Shown: positions 25,643 to 38,000, counted from the first letter of the stretch. The stretch is DNA of 64,000 bases from Chrysemys picta bellii (GCF_011386835.1 NC_088803.1:11532001-11596000); one strand, 5' to 3'. Notes: generated from the sequence alone by a model not told the origin. A program made the numbers and translations.

Positions 25643-26399
25643 TAAGTTAAATGTAAGGTCAATTTAATACATGGAACACTCTGCAAACAGACTTTCCTAG
25701 CATCAGCTCCAGTTCCAGCTTTGTCTCTGTTGTTTACCAGGCCTCATGCCTTGCCTGGGACTCTAGACAGAGACATCTAGTGGCTGAAAGATTTAGGGGG
25801 ACAATGAAAAAATATATTTTCCCTAATTTGACTTTGATCTTATTGATATTTATGTATTCCTTCATTCAGGCAGCTCATTTGCTTACAGCACATTTTCAGT
25901 GCATTCCTTAGTTTCAAAGCAATCAAAGACATGGGCATCTGCTACATGAGGCTCCATTTTGAATCAGACACCTCTCAATACAATGAGTCCTTGGGACAGG
26001 ATCTTGATAGCAGCACAATCTGTAAATCCTTGGAGTACTCTTGTTCCACAAGCAAAGAGAATCAACATTAGCTCTTAGCAGCAGAGAACATGCTTACGTG
26101 GCATATCCTATGCCTCTAACAGGTCATGCTGATTCTCTTTATGAGTTGAAGGCAGATCGTCACATGCACACACATGCACAGACTAATCATTTATTTAAAA
26201 TATTTTGATGTTGTCTATATAGCCATTGCATTTGGCCATCATGGGATTTTCTCCAGAAACTGGTGATCCAGGAGCTGATATGTTTAGCACGACAAGAGCT
26301 GTCCCACGATTACCTTAAGAACAATGTTGGTCTAACCTCTGCGGAACAATAAGATTATACCCACATATAAAGATTATACCCATTTATTTTTTACTGTAA

Positions 26400-26760
26400 A
26401 ATAAAGCTCTATTATTCCCTCCCCTTTTCAGAGAAGTTTTTTTATTGTAATGTCCTCAAACTTTTAATAAGTTTTCATTTCAGCCTACCTCCCATTTGAA
26501 TCATTATTGGTCTCCAAAGCTTTGTTGTTAACAATGTCCAATGTGATTTATTTAATTTCATCTCTTTTTTTAAAGTCTTATGATCTTCTGGGGGAAAATA
26601 CTTCAGATAATGAAGAAACACTAGTTTAAATGTCTCCGGATGCTGGTCCAAGTTGCAGTCTCTTATGTGATACTTCTAATCAATATCTAGTGGGCATTCC
26701 TGAGTAATAATGTCTCCCTTCTCATGACATGGCCGTACTGAACTATAATGGTCTGTAAAT
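26400..26760 (-). promoter_or_regulatory. Conserved non-coding block ~6.3 kb upstream of OR 19209-20216
   Basis: Paralog of 15170-15620 (ccaaagctttgttg.taacaatg.cca.tgtgatttatttaa; cagataatga; atctagtgggcatt); TAATGA at 26608. Confidence 0.5.
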
Positions 26761-26824
26761 AACATATCCAAGGACTTCACAGTCCTTTACCCTTCCATCC
26801 TCTCACATAGTGCCTCTGATCCCC

Positions 26825-27000
26825 AACCAGGGATCAGTACTCCATTGTGCCAGGCACTATACAGAAACAGAACCAAAAGATAGCCCCTGCTCCAACAAAC
26901 TTACAAACTAAGACAAGAGAAGGACACAAACAGACCAATGGGGGAGCACAGGAAGAAAGACAATCTTGGTCTTATCTACTTATACCACTCCCGTCACCAT
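26825..27000 (-). mobile_element. L2-like LINE 3' end
   Basis: cattgtgccaggcactatacagaaacagaac..; related pieces at 27370-27445 (-) and 29900-30012 (+). Confidence 0.55.
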
Positions 27001-27050
27001 GGCATAGCACCAGATTCTGGCAATGCATTCAACAACATGAGTAATACACC

Positions 27051-27051
27051 T

Positions 27052-27111
<60 letters not shown>

Positions 27112-27113
27112 TC
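27051..27113. repeat. (TTTC)n microsatellite
   Basis: Direct reading. Confidence 0.98.
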
Positions 27114-27115
27114 AG

Positions 27116-27326
27116 CAGTGGTTTTCAACCTTTGGTCTGTGGACCCCTAAAGGTCCACAGACTATGTCTGAGGGGTCTACGAACATTTGTAGTTATCATA
27201 GAACAGCAGTTTTCAACCTGTGGCCTGAGGATCCCCAGGGGTCTATGTCTAAGATTTCTGAAGGGAGCCGCACCTCCATTCAAAATTTTTTAGGGGTCTG
27301 CAAAGGAAAAAGGCTGAAAACCACAA
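27116..27326. mobile_element. hAT-Charlie-like MITE
   Basis: TIR CAGTGGTTTTCAACC / GGCTGAAAACCACA. Confidence 0.7.
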
Positions 27327-27577
27327 TACGAAAGTAATAGGCAGGGGCCCCAGTCATGAACCAGCAACCCCCATGGTGCTACGCGCTGTACAAACACAGA
27401 ACAATATGATGGCCTCTGCATCAGAGAGCTTCCAGTCTAAGCAATGAGTTGTGAGATTGGACCCATTTCCTGAGCTTACTTCCCCATCTGCATCCTGCAA
27501 ACCGAGTGGTTAAATCAACCACGGTGTCTATCACTTCACATTGCCTTTCATCAGACCACTGGTGTGCTTCCCCCCAT

Positions 27578-28952
27578 TTGTGACAGAACATAAAAGTATT
27601 GAAAAACACAGGGAAAATAATGAGGTGGCTGCAAAGCAAAGCTGCACATCCCTGGAGCTGGTATGTTTTGGGAAAAGCTAAAAAGGCCACAAAAAACCAG
27701 TTTGAACTGGTACAAAAAGCACCAGGAACAGAGAGCCCTAAACAAAAACACCCCCCCCCCAAAACCCCAAACTTAAAAATCCTCCTAAAAGCCAAAGGGC
27801 AGAACATCTTGGCATTTCATGTTTGCTCTGTCCAGTACTGTTGGTATTTCATGTTGAGGATTTTATAATTACAGGTGTGCCCCACCCTCAGTTGTAGCAT
27901 AGCTGAGAAATGGAGGGAGGTTTAGCATTCCTCTCTCCACCCCAGTAGGCGGGGAAATGGTGCAGGTGGGTCTACTCCTGGTCACAGAAGTGCCGCGTAA
28001 TAGGAGGTGGGCTTAAAGACCCTCACTCCACAGTATCCTCCATGCATACACCCTCAGCCATAGTATGACTGAGTAGAAGGGGAGAGCTTTGGGTTTCTTG
28101 CTCAGCCCAAAAGGGGCACTTAAACAGGAAAGCTTAGGGTTTCTTGCTCAGCCCAGGGGGGGGCATTTGGTGTATGGACCCTCGGTGGCAGGGAACCACC
28201 AAGTAAGACAGGGGGAAGCATAGTGCTCCTTCCTCTGGCCCAGTGGGGTAACATTGTAAGTCCCAGTGCCGGCGTGAGCTACGTAAAATCTCAAGTAATT
28301 AAAGTTCTTAAAAGTGGTACTAACAAATTGTAATAACATGTTCAAAAACCAAAAAAATACAGCTGCAGACTCGGGAATCCAGCAGTCAGAGGCAATGTCA
28401 TCAACAATGGGTTCAAGGCTGAACTCACGGGCATTAGAAAGAGTGGACATGGCAGTCTGACTGCCCAGCCTGCTGGTGTCACGGGAGGCTGGCGGACCTA
28501 ATGCCCGAGCCACGGGGGAAGCAGCAAATAGGGACAGAACACCAAAACCAAAAAGCCCTTAACAAAAACACCCCCCCAAAAATCCAAAAGTTAAAAACCC
28601 TCCCAAAAGCCAAAGCAAATAAAAAATTACAGCAAACCCCAAACAACCTGGGCCTAAAACAAAACTCCCATCCACCCTTCCCCCTCTTCTACTTATGTTA
28701 CACCCAAGCTTAGCCAGCCATAAATAAAACATATATAAATTTAAAAATAAATTAAAGCTTAGGGCACTTTCTTCCTTCCTCTAAATAACATAAAAAACAC
28801 CCAACACTCTCCGCTGTTATTTTATTATTTTATTAATAAAGCTTTAAAATTTAAACCCTTAGTGTATTTTGTCATCTCCTCCCCAAACAATCCTGTGGCC
28901 TCAGCCTCATCATCTAACTCCACAAGCAAACTGGCAACTAAAATCTGTCACA
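27578..28952 (+). mobile_element. LTR-like element with patchy G-to-A hypermutation
   Basis: TGTGACA...TGTCACA termini; AATAAA near 28835; G-depleted tracts; no TSD found. Confidence 0.65.
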
Positions 28953-29509
28953 AAAGAACCTACACCAATGCTAATCAGCAGAGATCACCCCAACTCCAAC
29001 AAGGCTCCTATTGGTGGTGAGTCCCTCAAAGCCCATACAGGGCTGCACCCTGTCATCACATGTTCCTCACAGCTTCAGCTCTGAACAGGCCCTCAGTCTT
29101 ATGGGGCCTCAGTGGGCTAAAGTCCTACCAATTCTTCCCTAAGGATTGGGTCCCCCTTGGAGCAGAGGTTCTGCCCAGGTGCTGGATCACGAAGATGGCC
29201 TAAACTCAGGCTGTTTAGTTAAAAGTCCTTTCTTGGTCTGGTGATCCCTGGAGTATCCAGTTTGAGCCAGCCTCTGTGGTAGCTCTCTGGAGGTGTTACA
29301 ACCTGAGCAAATTTGCATAATCACCTTTCTACCCCCCCCCCCCCACCATTGTTCTTAATTCCTGGAGGATCTGTGGTCATCCTCTCCCAAAGAATTACAT
29401 AGAGTCCCTCAATAGTACACACACATTTGCATTTTTAACACAGTGAACTGATAAAATACTTATACTTAATTCAAGAAGGTTTGTCCAGGATATTGTTATA
29501 TCCGTCACA
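28953..29509 (-). mobile_element. Second LTR-like segment; left boundary unresolved
   Basis: Reverse complement begins TGTGACGGATATAACAATATCC, an LTR-type start. Confidence 0.5.
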
Positions 29510-30019
29510 ATGGTCTCTTAGCACCAGAAATTCCCCCTTCTTATATCAAAGGAGTCTATTTACACCCGATCACAGCAAAATCCCATATTTAAGCACCACT
29601 GCAATCCATAAAACCCTGCTTGGCTGACACCGAGCCCTGTAGGTGCCTAAACTCCATGGGTGCTGATATTTCCTCCCTAAAAGTTCCCTGCTCACCTATG
29701 TTTCTGCCTATGGGCATGTGTGTTCCTGCCTCACTCTAGATGTCCAGGTGCCTATCTCCCACCTAAACCCCAGGATGATCCTCAAACCAGGGAAATATAG
29801 TGGTCCCTCCGCCTACCTCGTGTGTGGGGCCTGATCAGGTAGGCATGCTCTGAGCATGCTTAATGGCCCATAAAACAGCAGTGAGCTGGAGGGTGGGGAA
29901 TACAGTTGAGAAGGCCGACCTAGACTATAATTTACCAAGTGCCTAGCACAATGGAGCTCTGATACAAGATTGGGGTTACTAGGATTATACAGTCATAATA
30001 AAATAATAACAATCATAAT

Positions 30020-30290
30020 TCACAGATTCATAGATTCCAAGCCCAGAAGACACCATTGTGATCATCCAGTCTGACCTCCTGTATATCACAGGCTAGAGAA
30101 CTACCCCAAAATAAATCCTAGAGCAGATCTTTTAGGAACGCATCCAATCTTGGCTTAAAAATTGCCCATGATGGAGACTCTACCAAGACCATTGGTAAAT
30201 AGTTCCAATTATTAATTACTCTCACTGTTAAAAAATAACGTCCTCTTTCCAGTCTGAATTTGTCTAGCTTCCACTTCCAGCCTTGAGATT
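30020..30290 (-). mobile_element. CR1 3' end fragment
   Basis: ORF 30118-30345 (WKLDKFRLERGRYFLTVRVINNWN); tail cacagattcatagattcc. Confidence 0.85.
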
Positions 30291-30384
30291 CCAAAATGGA
30301 ACATTGCTCACAGAACACTGTGGATATGTTCTTACTAGGATCCACTTAGGATCCCCAGGGGTCTATGTCTTTTGACCCACTTAG

Positions 30385-31370
30385 CTGTAATTGGGGCATT
30401 TAGTGCACTGGAGGAGGTTCACTACAGGTAGTGACAGGCATGTGTAGGAGCTATGGATATCAAAAGATGTGTTGTGAGAGGTGTTGATCATTGTAGCAAT
30501 GGAGATATGTCTACAGGTTTTTCATCTGTTCTGGTAGGACCTGGGCTGCTTTGAGTTAATGGGTATTCGTCTGTGGTGAGCTTTGAGTTGGTGGGTCCTG
30601 GTCTGTGTGGAGTTTGCTTCTGATGATGATCTTGGAGAATTTGGGAGCTTGTGTGAAGGCCAGAAGAGGGGGTTCAGGAAATATTTTTTTCCGGACATGG
30701 CTGGAGGGGGTTTTATTTCTGTATTGAAGCAGGTTCACTCTGGGTATTTGGGTGAACCATTCCATGGTGTTTATCTACTTCTCTGGGGAAGCGTCCTTCT
30801 TAGATGTGTGGAAGTAGAGAAAAGGATAAAGGGAATTTGAACACAGATATCTTAGTTTCTAGGAATAGAGCAAGAGTCAGACTAACAAAGTCAGGCTGAT
30901 ACTGACTCTAATAACGCGAGACTTGAAGGCAGGGCCTAGGTGGGTGGGAAGCGAGAAAGCGAATGGGAACAGACTGTAAGAGACCTTGTGTTAGATAAGA
31001 ATAGAATGTAGACTGTGGCAGAAATTAATGAGAAAAGTGAGATATCAGGAAGAAAATGTATAACAATGCAGCTGTTGCTCATTATTGTATGCAATGAAAG
31101 GTATAAAAGCTGCCTAATTTTTTATCTAACGGAGACCTGCCCGTTTGTACTCTCCCGTGCATATTGCAATTGCTTGAAATAAAGCTGCCTCTGGCTTCTT
31201 GCTCCAAATTCAGAGTGAGGACTTTGTTTTGCTCCACAGATGAATGCAGTTTTAAGTGTGCTAAGATGCACTCTCTCCTTGGAGCATATTCTGGGGTTTT
31301 TGGCTGCCTGTCTCTAGACAACAGATTTCTTGGTGTGCTTTGGGTATCTTCACAGATCCAGGTCCAGGTC
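30385..31370 (-). mobile_element. Penelope-like element remnant (RT C-terminus into GIY-YIG region), split by a solo LTR
   Basis: TQIPRVNLLQYRNKTPS, IFPEPPLLAF, TCRHISIATMINT..HSSYTCLS..LQCTKCP; reading continues across the LTR. Confidence 0.75.
30807..31238 (+). mobile_element. Solo LTR, 432 bp (ERV1/Gypsy-like)
   Basis: TGTGGA...TCCACA; perfect 4-bp TSD GATG; TATAAAA near 31102; AATAAA near 31178. Confidence 0.92.
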
Positions 31371-32663
31371 CAGATCCACCCCAACCCCCCAGTAGCAGGT
31401 GTACTGCTATAGAATTTTAAGTGTACTCGTACCCTCAGATACTACCATGATGGAGTCTATTTAAGTATTACTGTAGACTATCTAAGGAAATGTTTGCACT
31501 GTAATTCTTCAGAGTGATTTACAAATGTCACTTAAATCAATCTCACATTATTTGGGCTGTAAGACAAGTAAGTCAATGTTCTTATACTCATTTTTTTGGT
31601 AGCCAGCACTTCCAGTGAGGACCCTGGCTTTTGGGTATCTCAATTTCTGTATCACCAATTTGAGCCACCTTGGCTGGGATTTCAAAAGATCTTAGTCTTG
31701 AGATGACTTAGCTTATATGATCAAGTGACTTTCTCTGTGTGATAGAAAATAAAGTATCTCCAAATATTGCTCCAGTCTCCAAAATCTTTCTGAGCAAGTG
31801 GGCAAGCTGGTTCTTTGCTTTTATTTATCACAGAAAAGTGAAATCATTTGAACTGCTCCCCAGCTAACAGTGTGAATCAGCACAGTTAATAGAGTCAACG
31901 TGCCATCTCCTTACTTGGTGTAAATAGGTGTAGCTCCATTGAAGTCAACATGACCTAGTGTATATCAGCCATAGCTCCAATGGAGTCAGTGGTCAGATCC
32001 CCAGCTGGTATATAGTGACAAGGCTCCATTTATGTCAATGGAATGCCGGCTGATGATTTATTCCATTTTTTAAATTATGGTTTTAGTTCAGAAGTAAATT
32101 TTTCCTCTGTATTACACCAGCATAGCTGGGAAACCAATTTCGTTTTAAAGCAATGCGGGCTGGAAGCAAGAGACTATAGAATGTCCTATGTTCTAAAACT
32201 GAGTCTCTCTGTATCTCCAGTGATGAGATGTTTTTACCTATATTGGCCCATTGACTTCAGGGGAGTTTTGTGCAGATCACTTACTGGTTATAAAGTGATT
32301 CATAAAGGATTAAGTGTTAGAATCTGCCATATTCTCTCCCCAGATCCATGTCAATGGATTGCTGCAGTACAATGATTAGGTAAGAAATTGTCATGATGCG
32401 CTCAGTAGATATCGGCTCATAAATTAAGTGAGTTGAATTAAAAATTCGCAAAGTGTTTCAGAAAATAAAAATTGCTGAGCTCTATAAAGTAACTGCCCCT
32501 CCCTCTACCTCACCATTTGAACATTTCATCAACTGGTTGTGCAAAGGTTTTGCCTGTTGATTTAATTATTGATAGCCAGGAGCAGAAGTTTATAGGCTCT
32601 TTATGTATGTGTGTATTTGCGAAACATTGAGAATTATTCCTCTTTTGGTTTCCAAGAGCATCA

Positions 32664-33622
32664 ATGAGAAACCAAACTCAGGTGCCAGGGTTCATTCTGT
32701 TGGGGCTCACCAGTATCCCTGAGCTGAAACGACTCCTCTTCGGGGTGCTTTTCTTAGCCTACACATTGACCTTAATGGGGAATGTCCTCCTCATCATCAT
32801 CACCTGCACTGACTACCGCCTCCACAGCCCTATGTACTTCTTCCTCCAGAACTTGTCCTTCTTAGAGATCTGCTTAACCACAGTCGTCGTCCCCAGGATG
32901 CTGACAGATCTTAGGACAGAGAGGAGAACAATATCCTTTGCCGCTTGCCTCTCACAGTATTTTTTCCACTTCTTCTTTGGGGGTACGGAATTTTTCCTGT
33001 TGACAGCCATGTCGTTTGACCGCTAGGTGGCGATATGCTGCCCGCTCCGGTATACGTCCATCATGAGCCAAAGGCTGTGCTTCCTGCTGGTTATTTTCTC
33101 CTGGGTGGGAGGTCTTCTCCTCATCCTTACACCTATTGTCCTGACCAGCCAGCTCTCGTTCTGCAAATCCAACGTAATCAACCACTTCTTCTGCGACTAT
33201 ACCCCTCTGCTGTAGATCTCCTGTGGGGACAAGCATCTCCTGGAGCTTATCCATTTCCTGCTGGCTTTCTTCACCCTGCTCAGCACCTTATTGCTAATAT
33301 TAGTGTCCTACACCTACATCCTCATCACCATCATGCAGATCCCCTCTGCCAAGGGGCTTTCTCCACCTGCTCCTCCCACCTCATTGTCATCTCCATCTGC
33401 TATGGCAGCTGCATTCTCATGTATGTCAGGCCCATTCAGGAAGAAGACCTGGACCTCAACAAAGGCCTCGCCATCATCAACACCGTGCTTGCCCCCTTGC
33501 TGAACCCTTTTATTTACACACTACGGAACCAGCAAGTGCAGGAAGCACTGAGAGAAGTGGCAAGAAAGTTGTTTTATCCCAAGGACATGAGAGTCTCTAT
33601 GCAGTGCAGAAATAACAATTAA
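32664..33622 (+). pseudogene. Olfactory receptor pseudogene, OR6-like
   Basis: TAG replaces Tyr of DRY (33024-33026); second TAG (33213-33215); ~10-bp frameshifting deletion near 33355 before AFSTCSSHL; acceptor AG at 32655-32656. Confidence 0.95.
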
Positions 33623-34190
33623 TTAAAAGAAGCAGTGAAAGGAAAATGGCCCAATTCTTTATTTTCTATACACTGTGGTTATTCTGTCAGGCAGTGAGCC
33701 AGTGTCCTTGTAGGAGGCACTATGTAGCACAGCTGTCATGGCCTCATGGAGAGGGATTTTACCATTGTAAGTAGGGAGGGGAAGGCCACTGGGATAATCC
33801 ACTCCTGGAACTGGTGGGAAATGAATTTTTTCTGACATGAATAATTTTGATTCAAATATTCTCTTCACATTTTTTGCTGTTTTTTCAGGTATTCATTGAA
33901 AAACTGAAACATGAAAGTTTGGCAGGGGGAAGAGGTTGGTTTGTTTTCAGCAGCTAAACAAGTGAAAGAAAAATGTATTTTAGCAAGCCAAAATGTAAAC
34001 TGATTTTCAGTTTGCAGCAGCCAAGAACTGGGTGTTCTTTCACAACGTTTTGATGGAGAATTTCCTCTGGGTTTATTTGCTCCACAGTCCTTCCCCTCTG
34101 ACACTTCAGAGAGCTGACAGGTTGTTCTTCTGCAGGAATACCCGATGGGGGGTAACTCTGTAACTAATCTGCACCCTAGACATGAAGTTA

Positions 34191-34385
34191 GGGAGGGATG
34201 GCTAGCTCAGTTGTTTGATCATTGGTCTGCTAAACCCAGGGTTGTGATTTCAATTCTTGAGGGGGCACTTAGGGATCTGGGGCAAAATCAGTACTTGGTT
34301 CTGTTAGTGAAGGCAGGGAGCTAGACTTAATGACCTTTCAGGGTCCCTTCAAGCTCTGTGAGATAGGTAAAATCTCCATGTACTT
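34191..34385 (+). mobile_element. tRNA-derived SINE (tortoise PolIII/SINE-type) with CR1-like tail
   Basis: A/B-box head (tagctcagt..; gatttcaattc); tail gacctttcagggtcccttc resembles CR1 3' ends in this window. Confidence 0.9.
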
Positions 34386-34483
34386 GCATGATTCCATGTT
34401 TTTCCAAAAGCTCTGCTGTAGAAATTATTTTGGGGAAGTTCTCTGGCCTGTGTTATACAGGTCAGACTAGATGATCACAATGG

Positions 34484-35045
34484 TGTAGACCTGTCTTAAC
34501 ATCAGTAACTTGCCTCATTTCTGAATGGGTATGATCGGGAAGGTGAATGGAAGTTTAGGTTGTAAACAGGGGCTTGACAAGCAGCATGCTGGAGTCAGGA
34601 TGTCATGCTAGCTAAGATAAGCTGCCACACCCTGATGCTAGGGACAATGGACAAGATAAACCAGGAATGGAAAGATCAGGTTCCACATGAACAGCACATG
34701 GACAGGGCATCTTATACAGGGAATGGTTCCAGCAAAGTAACCAAACTGATCCAAAACTGTGTGGTGTAACGTACAGCAAATTGAATGAAACGTGTAAATG
34801 TATGTAAAGGAAGAGGTTGTCTCTGTAACTTTGGAGGTGTGGTGTGCCCTATACTCATCCCTACACTTGATTTTGATCAACTCAGAGTAGCTGTGCTGTA
34901 TGCCAGATAAAGGAACCTGAGTGATGAAATCTGGAGTCGAACTGAGAGCTTTGGATCCCAGAGAACTGGATGAAGTGTTCTCCCAGAAGTAGACAAGGTG
35001 TTATGGATAGGCTGAGTGGAAAAGGTCCCAGAGGGAATCCCAACA
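34484..35045 (+). mobile_element. Solo LTR inserted into a CR1 3' tail
   Basis: TG...CA; flanks AATGG / AAGGG (4 of 5 match); host tail gatgatcacaatgg resumes as tcccttttgacttggaatctatga. Confidence 0.65.
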
Positions 35046-35149
35046 AAGGGTCCCTTTTGACTTGGAATCTATGAGTTATTGCCTAATCAAGTTACTTAGG
35101 CTGGGTTCAAAGGGAACATGTGATGGTTAAGGAGAAGATTGTCAATGGC

Positions 35150-36067
35150 AAATGAAATTTAATGTGGATAAATGTAAAGTAATGCACATTGGAAAAAATA
35201 ACCCCAACTATACATACAAGATGATGGGGGCTAATTTAGCTACAACAAGTCAGGAAAAAGATCTTGGAGTCATCGTGGATAGTTCTCTGAAAATGTCCAC
35301 GCAGTGTTCAGAGGAGGTCAAAAAAGCAAACAAGATGTTAGGAATCATTAAAAAGGGGATAGAGAATAAGACTGAGAATATATTATTGCCCTTATATAAA
35401 TCAATGGTACACCCTCATCTCAAATACTGTGTACAGATGTGGTCTCCTCATCTCAAAAAAGATATACTGGCACTAGAAAAGGTTCAGAAAAGAGCAACTA
35501 AAATGATTAAGGGTTTGGAACGGGTCCCATATGAGGAGAGTTTAAAGAGCCTAGGACTCTTCAGCTTGGAAAAGAGGAGACTAAGGGGGGATATGATAGA
35601 AGTATATAAAATCATGAGTGATGTGGAGAAAGTGGATAAGGAAAAGTTATTTACTTATTCCCATAATACAAGAACTAGGGGTCATCAAATGAAATTAATA
35701 GGCAGCAGGTTTAAAACAAATAAAAGGAAGTTCTTCTTCACGCAGCGTACAGTCAACTTGTGGAACTCCTTACCTGAGAAGGTTGTGAAGGCTAGGACTA
35801 TAACAGAGTTTAAAAGAAAACTGGATAAATTCATGGTGGTTAAATCCATTAATGACTATTAGCCAGGACGGGTAAGGAATGGTGTCCCTAGCCTCTGTCT
35901 GTCAGAGGATGGAGATGGATGGCAGGAGAGAGATCACTTGATCATTGCCTGTTAGGTTCACTCCCTCTGGGGCACCTGGCATTGGCCACTGTCGGTAGAC
36001 AGGATACTGGGCTAGATGGACCTTTGGTCTGACCCGGTACGGCCTTTCTTATGTTCTTATGTTCTTA
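35150..36067 (+). mobile_element. CR1 3' portion with unbroken 236-aa ORF2 C-terminus and (TTCTTATG)n tail
   Basis: [13 protein letters not shown]...[11 protein letters not shown]...[10 protein letters not shown]. Confidence 0.95.
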
Positions 36068-36084
36068 AAGCTGAATAATTGCAG

Positions 36085-36365
36085 TGTTGCGGTAGCAGTG
36101 TTGAATACAGAATATGAGAGAGACAAGGTGGACGAGGTAATATTATTTACTGGTGTTAATTGCCCATGTCATTTTAAGTTTCCTCCTGCAACATGAGTTT
36201 ATTCCTCATGATGAACAATCTGCCCCACTGTGTGTTTAGCTGTAACACTCTGAGTAATTTCCCCGTACCTGAAGAAGAGCCCTGTGAAGTGTGAAAGCGT
36301 GTCCCTTCCACCAACAGAAGTTGGTCCAATGAAAGATATAACCTCACCCAACTTGTCCCTCTCAA
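36085..36365. mobile_element. Penelope 3'/pLTR fragments in inverted arrangement, with decayed hammerhead motif
   Basis: Minus copy ~36085-36150, plus copy ~36150-36365; CTGAAGA at 36269, GAAA at 36293. Confidence 0.7.
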
Positions 36366-37354
36366 AGATGGATAAGGTATTTGAGGAATGGGGCAGCCCA
36401 TAGGAGGTTTTGAAAATCTCAGTGTGGAGGAGCAAAAGAAGTTCACATCTCCATACTGTTTCCTGGGTAAACACCAGAGGTGGTGAAAAGTGGGTACATA
36501 TTTTCCATGAAAAATGTTGAATGGAATTAAAAAACAAAACAAAACATTTTTTCCCACCCAAAACCCCCAAATGCTTTGTGGAATTTTTCCAATTTTGCAA
36601 TGAAAAACAAAAACTAGAAAATATTTTGCTTTTTGTTTAAAAAAACCTTGCACAAAACACTGCCACAAGAGGAGATGCTGCTGCCCTCCTCCACCAACCC
36701 AATCCAGTGGTTACAGCACTCACTAAGTGTGTGTGAGACCCAAGTTTGAATCCCCACTCTGCTAGGAATTGAATCTAGATCTCCTGTCTCAGAATCCTAA
36801 TCACTAAACTATTGGGGATTCCAAAGCAGACTTTTCTCAGTCTCTCCTGTCAAAGCTGTTCCACATTATCTAACATAATTAAACAATCATTGGAGCAGGA
36901 ACTTGAGTCTTTTACATCCCAGCTGAGTGCCTGAAACACCAGGCTATATAGTCAATCTGCTGTATTCTCCGGTCCAGTGTGAGATCGGGAAGTCCTATAA
37001 ACCCAATTTAGCGACATTGAACCACAGAGAAGCTAAGTGACTTGCTTAATGTCACACGAGAAATTAAACACAGGTGTTTCAAGTGCCAGGTTAGCACCCA
37101 AACCACTGGAGCCTTGAATACCTCCCTCACTTCTGGTGTAGTATAGATGGCTTTCCACCTTGGGTTTCAACCCAAACCCGGCATCTTTTTTATATGATCC
37201 TCACACTTCCACCATTATCTGGATGAGAATGGGTTATTGCCTTTTGAAGTGAGCAAAAAACGTGGAATCGCTGCACAAATTGCATCAACCCACCCTTGGG
37301 GAGGCAGGGCTAGAACTATTGCCCCTCAGCTCCTAAAGCACAGAACTTGACCAA

Positions 37355-38000
37355 TAGGGTTGCCAGGCATCCCGTTTTTGACAGGAACGCTCGGTTGAAA
37401 AGGGACCCTGGTGGCGCCATTTGGCATCGCCAACTGGACCATTAAAAGTCTGGTCGGTGGTGCAACTCCCAGAAGCAGCCACCAGGTCCTTGTGGCACAT
37501 AGGTGGCCAGCGTGGCCCTCGTTCCCACAGGTGCCACATCGCAGCTCTCATTGGTCGCGGTTCCTGCTTCCTGGGAGCTGCAGTAAGCACATCAGGGACC
37601 ATGCACCCCGATGGCCCTGCCCCAGTCCAGAGTCCCCTCCCACATCCAAACTCCATCCTGCAGCCTGTACCCCCAACACCCCAACTCCCTGCTCCAGTCC
37701 TGAGCCCCATTCTGCACCCCAAACCCCTCATCCCAGCACCACCCCAGAACCTGCACCCCCAGCTGGAGTCCTCACCCCTCCCAAACCCTGCACCCCTAAT
37801 TTCTGGCCCCACCCAGAGCCTGCATCTCCAGCCCAGAGCCCATACCCCCCCAGCACCACAGCCTCCTGCCCCAGCCTGGAGCCTTCTCCCCCACCCCTCA
37901 TCCCCCACCCCCACCCCAGAGCCCGTACCCCCAGCCAGTGAGAGAGGGTGGGAGAGAGTGAGTGACAGAGGGAGGGGGAATGAAGCGAGTGGGGGCGGGG
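37355..38000. mobile_element. GC-rich hAT-like non-autonomous element, right end missing
   Basis: Starts TAGGGTTGCCAG (compare TAGGGTGACCAG at 53356); C-rich low-complexity interior; no right TIR seen. Confidence 0.55.

Noticed and set aside
27560-27577. TGGGGG after the LTR end on the minus strand as a primer-binding site
   Set aside because: The match to a tRNA 3' end does not extend, no internal domain follows, and the poly(A) signal favours plus orientation.
34191-34270. tRNA genes at SINE heads (also 39785, 52285, 38600)
   Set aside because: Degenerate stems, embedded in SINE or LTR-like bodies.
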